Source of the DNA: Octopus bimaculoides
Lineage: Eukaryota
Direction of reading: 5' to 3'
Length of the DNA: 59,346 bases
NCBI RefSeq assembly: GCF_001194135.2
Contig: NC_068984.1
Span: 119,546,954 to 119,606,299, forward strand
Positions 36,474 through 50,429 of this stretch are shown piece after piece (the first letter of the stretch is position 1; each line of letters opens with the position of its first letter). A model generated the notes under the pieces. That model was not told the DNA's origin, searched no databases, and saw only the letters and a list, made by a program, of their open reading frames with translations. Made by a program: the position numbers and the translations under genes.

Positions 36474-37052
36474 TGGTGATGGAACTGCTAGATCATGTGA
36501 TTTCTGTGTATTTGTATCATTGGAGCAGGTATCCATTATTACTCATGCTCAGACAAATTTCCCCTAGAAAAGCAGTGATTAATCAGTTAATGGTGTCACA
36601 AATAGCTGTGTCTTATTTAGTATCTGCTGTCTGATAAACCATTAAACATTGTGTTAAATGTTCCTTTATGGNNNNNNNNNNNNNNNNNNNNNNNNNNNNN
36701 NNNNNNNNNNNNNNNNNNNNNNNNNNNNNNNNNNNNNNNNNNNNNNNNNNNNNNNNNNNNNNNNNNNNNNNNNNNNNNNNNNNNNNNNNNNNNNNNNNNN
36801 NNNNNNNNNNNNNNNNNNNNNNNNNNNNNNNNNNNNNNNNNNNNNNNNNNNNNNNNNNNNNNNNNNNNNNNNNNNNNNNNNNNNNNNNNNNNNNNNNNNN
36901 NNNNNNNNNNNNNNNNNNNNNNNNNNNNNNNNNNNNNNNNNNNNNNNNNNNNNNNNNNNNNNNNNNNNNNNNNNNNNNNNNNNNNNNNNNNNNNNNNNNN
37001 NNNNNNNNNNNNNNNNNNNNNNNNNNNNNNNNNNNNNNNNNNNNNNNNNNNN

Positions 37053-37088
<36 letters not shown>

Positions 37089-37525
37089 AAGTCTTATAAA
37101 TTCCATGTTAGGGGCAATTGAACATATGCACACTACACTGGATTTTACATTTTAATTTTTAAAAATGATTTTAATAAAATGTTAAATGGGTTTAATAAAA
37201 ATAATTTATCCCAATTTGATTGTGATAATTCAAGCGATCAAATCAAAGTATGTTTCATGTTCTGTCAGTTGTCCTCAGTCAATTGTATTTCAATCAGCTA
37301 TTTACTTACTTTGAAATATAGGTAAATTAGAGAAGCCAATGATAAGTTGTGACCTATCAGTGGTATGGATTTATAGTCATACTTCTGAAACTTGTTATTA
37401 GTAAAGCTCTTTTGAGGTTTCTTTTGTGTTACTACTTTTTACACTTCATTTCAATAGATGTAGTTTTCAACCATTTTCAAGTGACTTATCCACAATCACA
37501 TGCAAGTATGTGTGTATATGTATAG

Positions 37526-37526
<1 letters not shown>

Positions 37527-37591
<65 letters not shown>
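37527..37591. repeat. (TG)n microsatellite running into a gap
   Basis: Direct observation. Confidence 0.98.
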
Positions 37592-38289
37592 NNNNNNNNN
37601 NNNNNNNNNNNNNNNNNNNNNNNNNNNNNNNNNNNNNNNNNNNNNNNNNNNNNNNNNNNNNNNNNNNNNNNNNNNNNNNNNNNNNNNNNNNNNNNNNNNN
37701 NNNNNNNNNNNNNNNNNNNNNNNNNNNNNNNNNNNNNNNNNNNNNNNNNNNNNNNNNNNNNNNNNNNNNNNNNNNNNNNNNNNNNNNNNNNNNNNNNNNN
37801 NNNNNNNNNNNNNNNNNNNNNNNNNNNNNNNNNNNNNNNNNNNNNNNNNNNNNNNNNNNNNNNNNNNNNNNNNNATATATATATATATATATATATATAG
37901 GTTGGATTATTTAAGCTCAAAGTTTTTGTATCAGACATAGGGTTTGGTGGACTTAAGAATATATTCAACCACTATCATGGTTGAATGATAACACATTGAA
38001 AATACATTATAAAGCAGTGTTTCTTATATAAAACATTTCAAAAGGATGTTTTTAAAAAAAAAGATTAATTTTTGCTACACCATGTATAGCAAAAAGATGG
38101 TTTTTGCTAACACCTATAGGAACTTGCATGGTGAGTACTTGAAGACTTAAGTTTTAAAGTAATTTTAGAGCTGTGTTTGTTTAGTCAGTGATTTGGCAAG
38201 GCCATGTGTTTTATCTTGTAGCTTTGAGATTTTAATGATGTGATTGTTTATTTTTAGAATGACACTGTGCGATAGGTGTGAGAGGCCAG

Positions 38290-38880
38290 ATCCTTTCCTT
38301 CCATCAGACACCTCAAAAAAGAGGGGATCTAAAAACTTAAAGCCTCAAGGCCAGACAAAATTACAAGCGTATACCAAAAATAACAAAGGGCCTGAAGGAG
38401 TCACAGCACTCACTGACCTATCCACAACTACTCATATCAAAACTATTTAACCCTAACACTTCTCTCCAGGCACTTCTGCACAACTGCGTAAATCCCCAAG
38501 AATCCTAGAAGCCACAATATCATTAGAAAATCCACTGTCTCTCTAACCAGCAACACCAGAAAACATCAGATATAACCAAATATAACCTACTCCACAGCAT
38601 AAACATACTGTAACTACACAGAAGATATAAATACTAAAAGCTACATGCAACTCCTATACAACATTCACAATACATATGGAAGACATAGTAAAGAAAACAA
38701 AACAATATAAACATACTTTGAGCAAACAATTGTAGTCACCACAGTCAATCAACAGAACAAAACAACAATAATGGTGTACAAACGATACACCAGATCCCTT
38801 GTGAACTGTGCTAGGAGTTATACCTGGTCCTCTACTCTCTTAAAAATGAAATACACTAAATTACAAAGATCACAAAAAAA
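38290..38880 (+). mobile_element. Very degraded retroelement relic, possibly Penelope-like GIY-YIG region
   Basis: A/C-skewed block; NGVQTIHQIPCELC*ELYL near 38770-38830 loosely resembles GVxYxIPCxxCxxxYIG. Confidence 0.3.
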
Positions 38881-40649
38881 GTATATAATGGATTAAGAGA
38901 TTGTGCACAGATCAACGCAACAAATCAAAAGTCCAACTGCTTCTGTTTCATCATTGGTTTCAATGCATGTAGACCAGTGGGCTGAAAGTAACTTATTTGA
39001 AGAATAGATGAAGATTGGTGACAGAAACAGCATCCGTTGTAGAAAATCTGCTGTAAAAAGTTAGCTCTTGGCTGATTGATGAATAACCAACTCCACAAAT
39101 CCCTATAAACACAGTTATGTCCTGTTATTTCCAACTTTAGAGACACCATTTTCATCCACTTTTATCAGTAAGGCTGTAGTTTGTGGGAAATTTTGTTGCT
39201 ACTTCTGTCAGGTCTAGGCTCCAATGGTGTTTTATACTTAGACATAGATACATAAGACATAAGGATGTGATTTGAGGGACACTTGACTAGTATTTTTAGT
39301 ATGTCAAGCTCATTTATTGATATTTCCCTTGTATACATATGAGACAGTTGGGTGTCTTAAATAGCTGCAAAATCTACTTCAGATTGCACCTTAGTGTATT
39401 ATGTATGAATCAATAGAAACCTCTATGTTGTAGCTTCACCTGCCAGAAATAGTTGCCAGCTGACCCTCAAATCATCATTACTGTTTTATTTATATATTCT
39501 ATTTTTTACTTGTTTCATCTCTGGAGAAACATTTCCTTTTAAAATCCACTCCTTATTCTCAATATCATCTGTTCCCATTTTATTTCCCACTGATCATTCT
39601 TCTCTGTGTCTCCACTAACTTCTCTCCTTCTCCTTTGGGCTACATCTTATGGCTGTCATACTTCCATCTTTAACACCTCTTATCTGTTATCAATCACCAT
39701 GGATGGCCTTCCCTTACTCATTGTAGCCACCACTATGTACCCCTGACATTACATCTCTGCCATTGCACATCTCCCACCACTACCACACTACTTTCCCACC
39801 CTGCACACCTTGTTTTCTTACTTATCTACAGGTTTATTAAACTGCTGCTCTCCACCCTTCCTGTTTTGCCACTTATCACCTTCACCTTCCTGAGCCACTT
39901 CTGTTTCTTTCACACACTCCTCTCCTACTGATATTTACCATCAATTGCACCTCCACCTTTGTTCCATTCACGATGTTCACCTCTTTTCCCTCTTCTAATT
40001 GTCTGCCACTCTCCTTTCACATCCTAATAAACTTATCTCTCTGTCTTTCTCACTAGAGAGAGAGAGTGTGTATGTGTGTATTAGATATGTCTTTTTGTTC
40101 CTTCATTTCCAACACTGCTCTCACCTAGCTACTCATACTCTGCTATTTTATCTCATTTTTCTTTGATGGCTCTATTTCCATCATTCTCTGTAATTCATTT
40201 TCTGTCTACCTCTCTCTCAGCAATATTTTGTTCATCCACTAAAACATTCTCATTTTTGTTCTTTTCACCCTTCTCTGTTGCTCTACACTTGTTTATGCAT
40301 GTTTCCTCACCACCACCACCATCACCACCACCACCATAAATCATGCCATTTCTCATGCTTAGATCTTTTCCTTCAGTTTCATTGATACTTTCTTCGTCGC
40401 TAGTACACCACTTAGTTCCCAGAACTATGCATCTCTCACTCTTGCTTCTGTCACTGAGTCCAGTTCATTGTCTCTTTTCAACATGTTCCCTCAAGTAGAT
40501 GTTTTCACTCCTTCCACCTTCATTATCCCCAAGGTCCACTTTGACATTCTCTGGCTATAGCTCCCTCCTTATACTGGAATGTAGCTGCCACATTCATTAA
40601 TAACCTGCTCACAATATTTTTTGATGAACCCACCCAACACAGTGTACAT

Positions 40650-40870
40650 TAACTCTTTAGCATTCAGAGTCAGATGTTATGTTTATTTATTTATTCACAT
40701 TATGTTTTAATCATGAATTATTTTGTAACTTTGAAATTTCAATGAGGTGATTGCTTATTTTTAGAATGATTTCCTAGGATAGGTGTGGTAGGCCAGATCT
40801 GGCTAGTTCGAAGATAAAACAGGTGAAATATTTTGGGCCAGATATGGCTGGTTTAAATGTTGAAGGGTAA
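40650..40870 (+). mobile_element. piggyBac-like MITE family A
   Basis: Degenerate TTAA-CCCT ends; body match. Confidence 0.75.
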
Positions 40871-41394
40871 AATGAAGTTCACCTGAATACAATTACTGCA
40901 CATGGCCAATTTCTTGTTCTTTCCATCTGAGTATGTGCTCTACCACTTACTGTCACCTTCAACCTATAGAGAAAGGAAGCAGCATATAGCCACTTATCAG
41001 AAAGCCAGTCAGTAACAGGCACCAATTTAACTCATTAGTATATTAGTACATTCTCTGGTAGCACATGTAAAATATAACTAAAGTGCTGAGACAGTATGTG
41101 TGTACATGTGGATAAACTGTAAACATGTTCACATGCATACCTTTGATAAACATATATTAAACCTGTGTCAATATACCTTGTGGTTTGACACTAAGTATTC
41201 TTTCTACAGGATACATATGAGAACAGCTTGACTAGTTTTGACTGGTTGCTGTCTTATTAGAAGTGTCTATTCATTTCCCTCAAAGAGAGAGGAGGAACCT
41301 TGAGCTACAGATAAGATATACTATGAGTAACAGGTGCTGGTTGAGTGTGTGTACATATGAGGATTTGTATGTGTGTTTGCGTGTGTATGTACTC

Positions 41395-41570
41395 ACATAG
41401 TTGAATGGTCATGAAATGTGCTTTGTAATCTTCAGATCACAGGTTGAATTTTGAGTCACCTTGGGCAAATGCTTTCTCTCATAGTTGCGGGCAACCCAGG
41501 CCATTTGTATGAAATTGAGTAAGTGGAAATTGTATAGAAGCCCTGCAGATAGACACTGCCTGTAATCCAA
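41395..41570 (-). mobile_element. Diverged tRNA-SINE family 1, 5' half
   Basis: gtcaccttgggcaaatgctttctct...gtggaaattgtatagaagccc, in reverse. Confidence 0.55.
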
Positions 41571-43568
41571 AACATTAGTTTTGTTATAGATTGCTGTGTG
41601 GCCATCTCCTCTGAAAGGTTCAGTGTCCTGCTGGTAAATCATGCAATGATTTTAATTCAGCTCCATGTTGAAATATTATTGAAAAGAGTTACAGCTGCTT
41701 ACTGAATAATTTCTGTGGAACCTGCTCAAAAAAAAAAGTGGGGGGAATGGTTTATTTATCAACAAGGACCTTGAAACTCACAAATACTTAGAGTATAGTC
41801 ATTTTTTAAATATAAATTTAATCCACTTGATATCATCCGAATAGGATTTGGACACATTTCTGATGCACTAATATCACAGTAGTGATGCTTATTCTAACTA
41901 TAGTTGCCTGTCAGTCGGTCTGTCTGTCTTTTTATGTGTATTATATATATATATATATATATNNNNNNNNNNNNNNNNNNNNNNNNNNNNNNNNNNNNNN
42001 NNNNNNNNNNNNNNNNNNNNNNNNNNNNNNNNNNNNNNNNNNNNNNNNNNNNNNNNNNNNNNNNNNNNNNNNNNNNNNNNNNNNNNNNNNNNNNNNNNNN
42101 NNNNNNNNNNNNNNNNNNNNNNNNNNNNNNNNNNNNNNNTATATATATAATTGCAGCGTGGAAGGTGTTTATAAGCCATTTAAAATAACACACAAAATCC
42201 GTTAAATTCACTTAAACATTTAAATTTAATTTGTCAAAATATTTTCATCGCTTTGAGACCGCGACCTGTTCACTGACAAAATTCTGTGCTTAAATACTAA
42301 CTATATTTACCTCATTCTGCTTATTTCTGGACCTCTACCCCAACACTTGCACATGAAGTATTTGAATTGGTCTCGCCACTATCATAATAGAAATAATTAG
42401 GACAAGGACGAAAAATGTTTTTTTAGCTTGGAAATTTGAAGTAAAAATACCCAAGCGCTTCAATAATAGCACACAATTATTGGTCCACAAAAGTGTATTG
42501 AATAGTAAAAATGTAAAACCAAATTCCTTTTCTAAACGTGGTCTCTGATTTAACTTATCTTTAACCAGTGTAGCTTACATTTGAAGTTTATTAATTTTTT
42601 TTTTTTTGCATAGATTTCAGCCATCTTAAATTTTAAATTTCTGCAGGCTTTAACCTAACGTTAATAGAAAAATCCCCAGGGAAGTCTCCTGATAAATATA
42701 GTGCTTTTATCTTTATCTGCTAAGTAATGGCTACTTTTTAAATGTAAGCACTAAATCACCTGATTATGATGGAATTTTAAATTCTTCTGTTCTTCTTTAA
42801 AGATGATAAACAACATGCATTATTTCACTTAATATTAAAAAAATCTCTAACGAATATCCATATATAAATGGAGGTAGTGAATATTGACACACAATTACAA
42901 ACTGTCAGTTGTAAAGTCCTTACTAAGAAGAATAGATTTTAGATTAAATTTTATAGGAAGAAATTAATCACAAGACAAACACTAGCCAATAGCAAATATA
43001 CAACTTCACTGTTATTCTGTGGGATTATAAGGCCAGTGGCCTAACTCAAGAATATCACCAGAAGAGGATTGGAGATGAATGCTGATCAAAATGTCAACAT
43101 GACATCTAAGATGAGAAAACATCTTGAAAAATAGGCATAACTATAAACTTGTATCAGATAAAAAATTAAAAAATCTCATGAGATGCTAGTGTAATAAGAA
43201 AATATATATACTACAGAAGTATATGTAGAAAATGTTAATAAATAAGACACATGTATATTATGGAGATTTTACAGGTTTATATGGAAATCAAAAGATGCTT
43301 ATAAAATTGATATAAAAAGATCATTGTAAGGGATTAAATTCTCTCTGCACACACAAAAACAGTACTATGAAAAGAAACAAATTGCATTAAATGTAAGATA
43401 GTTTGATAGCAAATATAAAAATAATTTAGTAGGTTCAACTATACAAGAAATGCAGAAGAAAATTAAGTTCAAACAACACAGTAACCTGTAAAATCATGTA
43501 CGACAGGATCTAAATGCATCCTGGTTATAGAATAGGTAAACAACTGCAACATTGTCATCGTTGTTGTT

Positions 43569-43795
43569 TTAACCCTTTAACATTCAGATTATTTTCTCAA
43601 ATGTAATGCTTATTTATTCACATTGTTTTGAATTAATTATGCATTATCTTATAGCTTTGAGATTTTGATGATTGATTATTTATTTTTAGAATAACATTGT
43701 AGAGTATGTGTAAAAGGTCAGATCTGGCCTATCTGAACATAAAACAAGAAGAATATTTGGGCCGGGTGTGGCTGGTTTAAATGCTAAAGGGTTAA
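43569..43795 (+). mobile_element. Complete piggyBac-like MITE family A
   Basis: TTAA-CCCTTTAACATT ... AATGCTAAAGGG-TTAA. TTAA duplication with CCC/GGG ends is the piggyBac hallmark. No coding capacity. Confidence 0.85.
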
Positions 43796-43989
43796 CGTCC
43801 ACTTTTCCATGCTTGCATGAGTCAGAAGCAGATTTACTGAAGCCAGATGCCCTTTATGTCACCAACTCTCTCTTGTTTCCAAGTAAGGTAATATTTTCCA
43901 TGTTTGCATGGAAGATGGGCAATTAGTGACACTGTTTCTATGACAATAGTATTTGTTTACAACTCTCACGCAATGTCTAGACAAGGAAG

Positions 43990-44165
43990 AACACATACAT
44001 ATATGATGAATAATAAGCTTATTCAGTTTCTGTCTATCAAATCCACTCACAAGGCTCTCATTGGCTCAGGTATATAATTGAAGACACCTGTCTAAGGTGC
44101 TATGCAGTAGCATACTTGAGACTATATGGTTGAGAATCAAATTTCTAAATCACACAGCCATGCCT
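43990..44165 (-). mobile_element. tRNA-SINE family 1, 5' half
   Basis: ttcagtttctgtctatcaaatccactcacaaggct family match. Confidence 0.75.
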
Positions 44166-45076
44166 GTGTCATAAAATAAATCCAATGGAATATGTACATT
44201 ACAACCAATCATAAACTAACATTAGCAATTCATTAAAATTAAATTTGAAAATTATATTGATCAGAGTGACAGACTTGTTATTGGTGGAATTAAAGAAAGA
44301 AATTTTTTATGAATGACACTAAGGCTTCTAATGAAAAATGACATTAGACATTATAAATGCACATTTAAGACAGCAAAGTGTAACAAAGAGATTGACTGAC
44401 ATGGCCTGGTCCTCTTTTATGTCTCATCTAATACTGAATTTGGACATAATATCTTAATATCATTTTCTAAGGAAAATCTTAGCAATTAATTCATTCTTTA
44501 CAAAAATTTATATTTCATCAATAACCACAAACCTTTCAATTGATAATGCAAATATGAAAGTTGTAAGCTCCATGGGTCTAACTTTTACACCAGGTATACA
44601 AATACCACACATTCTGGTTGGTTGTACCCTTTGCAGTGCAACACAGAAAAAGAAACTCAAAACATTCTTTTATTCAGAATTCTCTAAAATGAAAATAGAA
44701 GCCACGTTAAGAGCAAAAATATAATGCAAACCTAAGACAGGTATTGCACTACAGTAATAGATTAACACCGAATGTGGCCTTGGATAGGAGGAAACATGGT
44801 CTGAATTCAAAGGAGGTTAGCAAACTTCTTAACTACAGACCAATGTGTGTGTCTACTTCTCTATTGTACAGTCCATATGCAAGGATTATTTTTAATATTT
44901 TATGATAGTATTCCAAATATATTTTAATGATAGTACTATACTCATTTTTGCAACATAACTTTGTAACTTCTCAGGTTGCTAGTGTTCATGTTTTCAACTT
45001 GGATCACATTTTCCCCTCCAGTTTTGATGTTTGCACATTGTGAAGGGAAGCATTTATACAACTTGATGCTGTGCTT

Positions 45077-45290
45077 TAATCCTTTTGCTACCATATTTTT
45101 TTTTTAAACACTGCTTTTGTTTCAGTTAATTTTGAAAATAATAAAAATTTCATGAAAGTAATTTTGTCATTAAGCTGATGTTAATATGAAATTTTGATGG
45201 AAGGTTTTAGTTTAGATCACTTTAAAAGCAAGGAGGTTGGATCATGGATCCAGGGGGTAGTCTTGAGTAGGTTGGTATCAAAAGGGTTAA
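45077..45290 (+). mobile_element. TTAA-flanked MITE family B
   Basis: ttaatccttttgctacc ... ggtatcaaaagggTTAA. Confidence 0.7.
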
Positions 45291-45642
45291 ATTTTAGGTC
45301 AAAATAAGAAATGTCATCTCAGTTGGCTGTGACAAGTGTAGTTATGAGCTGTGCTTAAAAGCACTTATGTTGACTTGATTAAAAGTATTTTAATTTTATT
45401 CTGATAGCTTCAATCAAATAAGCTTGTTTTCCTCTTGTCCATCATCAGATTAATTTATACCTGATGGACTCTTTTTTTTTTTTTTTTTTTTTTTTTCATT
45501 TAATCGTAGCCATGTCTGCATTATTATTGTTAATAGCAAAGTTTTTTAAAAATTTGTTGTACTGATGGCTTTAATATGTTATGTTGCAAACTGAGTTTGT
45601 TACAATGACTACTGTAACTCTTATTCATTGATTGGCTGTTTT

Positions 45643-45710
45643 TTCACAGGGACCAAGATTAGAGGCACATAGGGGTGATCCTATGTGCCTCTAATCTTGG
45701 TCCCTGTGAA
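45643..45710. other. Perfect 31-bp inverted repeat with a 6-nt loop
   Basis: TTCACAGGGACCAAGATTAGAGGCACATAGG-ggtgat-CCTATGTGCCTCTAATCTTGGTCCCTGTGAA. Confidence 0.97.
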
Positions 45711-48700
45711 TTTTCTCCACTTCTCATCTCTCTATTTCTCATCTAGCTGTGATTTAGTTATACTATTGTTCTCTCTCCCCACTTTTTATGTATTACCACC
45801 TATTGCCTCCTTGATCTGCTCCTATTTCCCTTACACTTTCCCAAACTGAGATTCATCTATGTTCATTCACTGTATTCACCTCTGTCCTCATCTCTACTGT
45901 CAAATCACTCTCTCTTGAACCTATCTACCTACCCACCCAGTCATCCTTGATTCTCTCATCCTGTACTCTATCTATCCATATTCTTATGCTTGAGGGTATA
46001 ACCTGACTCCTCATCTCCGCCATCGTTTGTTTCTTTCCTGCTGGGGTATTTCCTCTACAGCAAAACACCTGTTCCTGTCCCACTTCAGCTGTTCAACACC
46101 TGCACAAAACCCCCTCTCAATTCTACACCCTAATCTGTCAAAGGATTTTGTCTAGCATTTTACCTAATGATCTCACTAGATCTGTGCCACATAAAATGCA
46201 CCCAATACACTCTATAAAGTGGTTGGAATTAAAATGGGCTTCCAACCATAGAAACAATGCTAAAGTAGACATTGGAGCCCAATGTGGCCCTCAGGCTAGT
46301 CAGATCCTGTTAAAGCCTTCAATCCATGCCAGCATAGAAAATGGAAATTTAATATTCATGAAAGCTGGCATAGTGCACTGAAGAAGATTATGTCATGTAC
46401 TTTTAAAAACTAGTGTTAGGCATTGACTTTTAAAGACACTTGAGCTTTGAGACATTTACATTTTGAAGAGTTACATTATTCAAACAAGTAATTTTCAGTT
46501 AAAGTTGCAACAAATACTGTCTGTGGACTATATATACACAGCAGAAAGTGAACTACATTGGCTGTGACAGGATTTGAATTCATATTCAATCAACCAAAAA
46601 GCTGATATTTTGTTTAACTGTTTCTCTTTCCTCTTGGTATTTTTGATTTGATTTTTCTTTTTGTTAGCTACTATTGATTTAGATTTTCCCAGATTTTCTA
46701 GTGAACATGTACATTTAGAGAGATGTTTCTCCTCAGATATCAACATAGCTTCATATCGATAGTTTTATCTTCAGTTTGTCAAATATTGTTGTTTAAATAC
46801 CTACACATTATACCTAAAAAGCTAATTGATGAGTGTACTAAAGCTTAAGAAACTATGTACTTGTACAAACAAAATTAATGGAACTGGTTTCTCATTCACC
46901 CATCCTATTATTCCTAAGAGGGCTTGACAAGGCTAATCTATACACTATTTTGGTTAGTTGAAGGAGCTGTCATGGTTTTGATATTAATAGGTAATTCTTT
47001 TGTTTTACAGTTTAACCTGGTAATCCTTTTGTTGGCAGATAAAAAGCACACAAAAAACAAAACAATTTGGTATAAATCTGAACTTGAAGTTATTGTTTGT
47101 CTCTATTTCACTAATCTATCTTGAGCTTCACCTTTTTTTGTTACATGCAATGTTACCACCAGGAATTTCATTATCTTCCAATTCTATAGCATATTACATT
47201 TTCATTTAGTGTGAATTTTGCAGAATTGCTTTTACAAATTTTTTTCTTGCAATTCTAATTGTGATTGCATCATTGCACAATGTTGATGTTATTATCAGGA
47301 TTGTATTATTTCCCCAGTGTTGACATAATTGCTATGATTGCATCATTTACTAGTGTTTATTGGCCTCCCAGAGATTTAATAACAGATATGATGAAATAAA
47401 ATGTTTATTTATAATAATTTTTGTTGTAATATTTTCAAATGCTTTCATATATTCTTAGATTTTTTTTATAACCATCAGATACACAGCTAATATTTTGTAG
47501 ACATGCTTTTTGAGACACTTAAATTCCCTATAGACTTTCCTTTTTCATTTGTAAATATCATCAAGAAATAATTCAACAGACATTTCTTTGAGACAAACTT
47601 GTCTTATACAGTGGTTGTTTTTGTTGTCTTCTTTAATTGGTTTTGCCTAGAGAAAGTAACTGTGCCTGTTACTTTCGCAAGCTCTCCAAGACTGGTGAGA
47701 TTGATGTCATTAAATTGAAAAATGCAGAAAAAAATATGTATAGAGGGATGATGCTCTGTGGAGGAAGGACTGGTGTAGTAGTTAATGTTAGGCCAGGCTG
47801 TTGGACACAGTATGAGTGATAAAGAGAGATGAGCGAGTTAGGAATGAAAAAGAGGAGGTTATGAGATTAGTCAGCTCCAAGAAGCAGAATTCTTAAAATA
47901 GTGATGGAAAAGATTGAGAAAGGAAAGCATTTCTGTGATCTGTTGGCCTGTTGTTGAAGTATTGTTAACAGTTGCACTATCTTAGACTTGGGTGCAGTAC
48001 TCTATTGTGTGTCTCCCCTATTGGAGTTAGGTGTGGTAATGTTTTCTTGGTATATGCATTGACTTTGCTGTTAATAGAGTCAATTTAAATAAGCTGTCTT
48101 GGAACATGATTTTAATATTTTTGCTTGCTGAGTCAGTGTAAATTTAGCATAATGTATTTAGGTTGTATGTGGGTGATATTTGGGTGTGGAAAGTGAAGGA
48201 GGACTGAAGGGTGGTGTTATCTACATAAGAGTGGGTCTTGTTGAAGTTGGTGGCAAGTAGGTCATTAATGAATAGGAAGAGTGTGAAGGACAGCAGGAGA
48301 TTTCCTTGGGCAAGGGGCCAAAAAAATCAGCTGTAGTTTGAGAGGTAAGTTATACAATGCACAGAGATATCCTTCACATTTTAGAGGAGTTCCTTGCAGG
48401 AGTTGTGGTGCTGGGTAAGAGATATTCAGTTTGAAGGGGTTGGGTGATATTCTCCAAGTGTTCTTGATTGTGTTCTTTGCTTGAAATGTTGCAGAGCAGC
48501 TATGAATGAACTACTTGGGGTTTTGAGTTTTGCTTGTGTATGGAGATATGGAGGGACATGGCTAAAAAGATGGTTTCAATCACCCACCTGTTTCTGATGG
48601 ATCAAGAGCGAAACAGATGCTGTTAGAGATAATTAGGACACAACCAGTAGAGATCTGATAAGAGCTGAGGGGTGGATGGGGTGGGAGCTGGGGTTAATAA

Positions 48701-49409
48701 TTTTTTTTCTTTTTTGTTCTTCATCTTGTCAACATTTTTGAAACTGTTAACTGTTCCTCATTTGTGTTTTAACAGTTGAGAGGTCACTGCAACTAAATAA
48801 TATCCTGCTTCTGTTTCTTAGCAATTGTTATGCATCTCGTATTTTTGTAATCCTTTACAGACGTACTGTCTAGTTGACTTGGCTCTCATTTATATAATCC
48901 CCATCACTTGTAATGTGATAATCTTACGTAATCAATTAACTTCATTTCTTGTGCAGAAGTAAGCTGTTGTTTAGCAGAATCAACGCAATATCTGAGCAGA
49001 TATGTTGTCATCCTCCAGACTGAATACATTTCCTACCTGCAGTGATGCAGTATTTCTGGGCCAAGCACTATAGCTCTCTCTCTATCTCTCTCTCTCTCTA
49101 TCTCTCTCTCTCCATTTACTTGGCATCAGAACAAATATGAAAAGAGTGAGAATGGTTTAATGCTGGAACTCTGAACTTAGGTGGTGTTTAGTGGTGAGAT
49201 CAAACACTTTTGAAAGTGAGACAAAAATGTCTGCACTTGTGGTATGCAATCTGTCTATAATGCCTAGACTTGCTCTGTTTCTCTGTCAGGATCATTTCAT
49301 TTAACATTTTGTTCCCTTAGATTTTGTCCTGTTTAATGAAAAAAGAGCCCAAAATCCCTTGATAGGATTAATTTGTTAACTTTATTTATGCAATGTCTGC
49401 AAAGTTGCA

Positions 49410-49991
49410 TTAACCCATTAGCATTTAGATTACTCTATCAAATGTAATGCTTATTTATTACCTCCACCTTAGCGAAGGTGGAGGTATTGTTTTCAGCCGT
49501 GTTTGTTTGTCTGCGGGCAAGATATCTCAAGAACTGCTGCATGGATTTAGATAAAACTTTCAGGAATGTCTGGCTTTGTGACTGGCATGAACTAATTAGA
49601 TTTTGAGATCAATCCAGTGTCGGACAAGGATTCTGGATTATTTTTCCTGTTTTTTTTTTTACTTAATTTTTGAGAGCAGTCAGGTTCATTTTTAGTATTC
49701 TCGTTTATGAGAGCAGTCGAGTTTATTTCAGATATTCTCATTTTAAAAATCATATCTGGCTAATCGTTGAGAAGACATTGGTGTTGCCTTGGCAGAGGTT
49801 TATGTTCTCTGAGTGCTCTTGTTCACATTGTTTTGAGTTATCTTGTAGCTTTGAGATTTCAACTGTGTGATTTGTTTATTTTTAGAATGATGTTGTAGGG
49901 TAGCGTTGAGAGGCTGGATCTGGTCAGTTTCAGTATAAAACAGGTAGAATATTTAGGCTTGATATAGCTGGTTTAAATACTAAAGGGTTAA
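49410..49991 (+). mobile_element. piggyBac-like MITE family A carrying a nested insertion
   Basis: TTAA ends at 49410-49413 and 49988-49991; body interrupted at 49458-49823. Confidence 0.85.
49458..49823 (+). mobile_element. Non-autonomous Helentron-type (HINE/DINE-like) element
   Basis: 5' hairpin TACCTCCACCTT-agcg-AAGGTGGAGGTA (49459-49486), short GTTT/GTCT repeat, 3' end ccttggcagaggt...ctctgagtgctcttg; inserted at a TT of the host MITE. Confidence 0.75.
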
Positions 49992-50429
49992 AAAGTACAT
50001 TTGTTTATATGTATCCTTATGTCTCTTTAACTGAAAAATTATGTTAAGAAAAATGAAGAGATTCATTGACTTATTCCTATTCAATAAATCTTTAGAAGCT
50101 ATACCAAATCATTGGTGTTGGCTGGCAAGAGTAGTTAAATATAAGGTAGATTTAATCTTGGTAAAGCACCACTCTGTTACAGTTAAAAGTTTCAGATTAT
50201 CAGAGAATGACTAAGAAGTGTAGAATGGAGAATATTTCTAGCCAAATACATAATGAAATACTTACACCTGGTTTGAATTTAAGACTTTGTATGCTTATCC
50301 AATTCTATATCCATTTATCCACTTAATTTTTGCATTCCTTCAAACAGCCACAAGTCAGAGAGATCTGCTCAATTTGAAATTTGGATCAAATTTTTGTATG
50401 AGTAGACATGTTTTGTCATCATTTATGTT

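Noticed and set aside
48585-48630. CTGATGG...GAAAC hammerhead-like string
   Set aside because: Core position 9 is wrong and no stem II can form.
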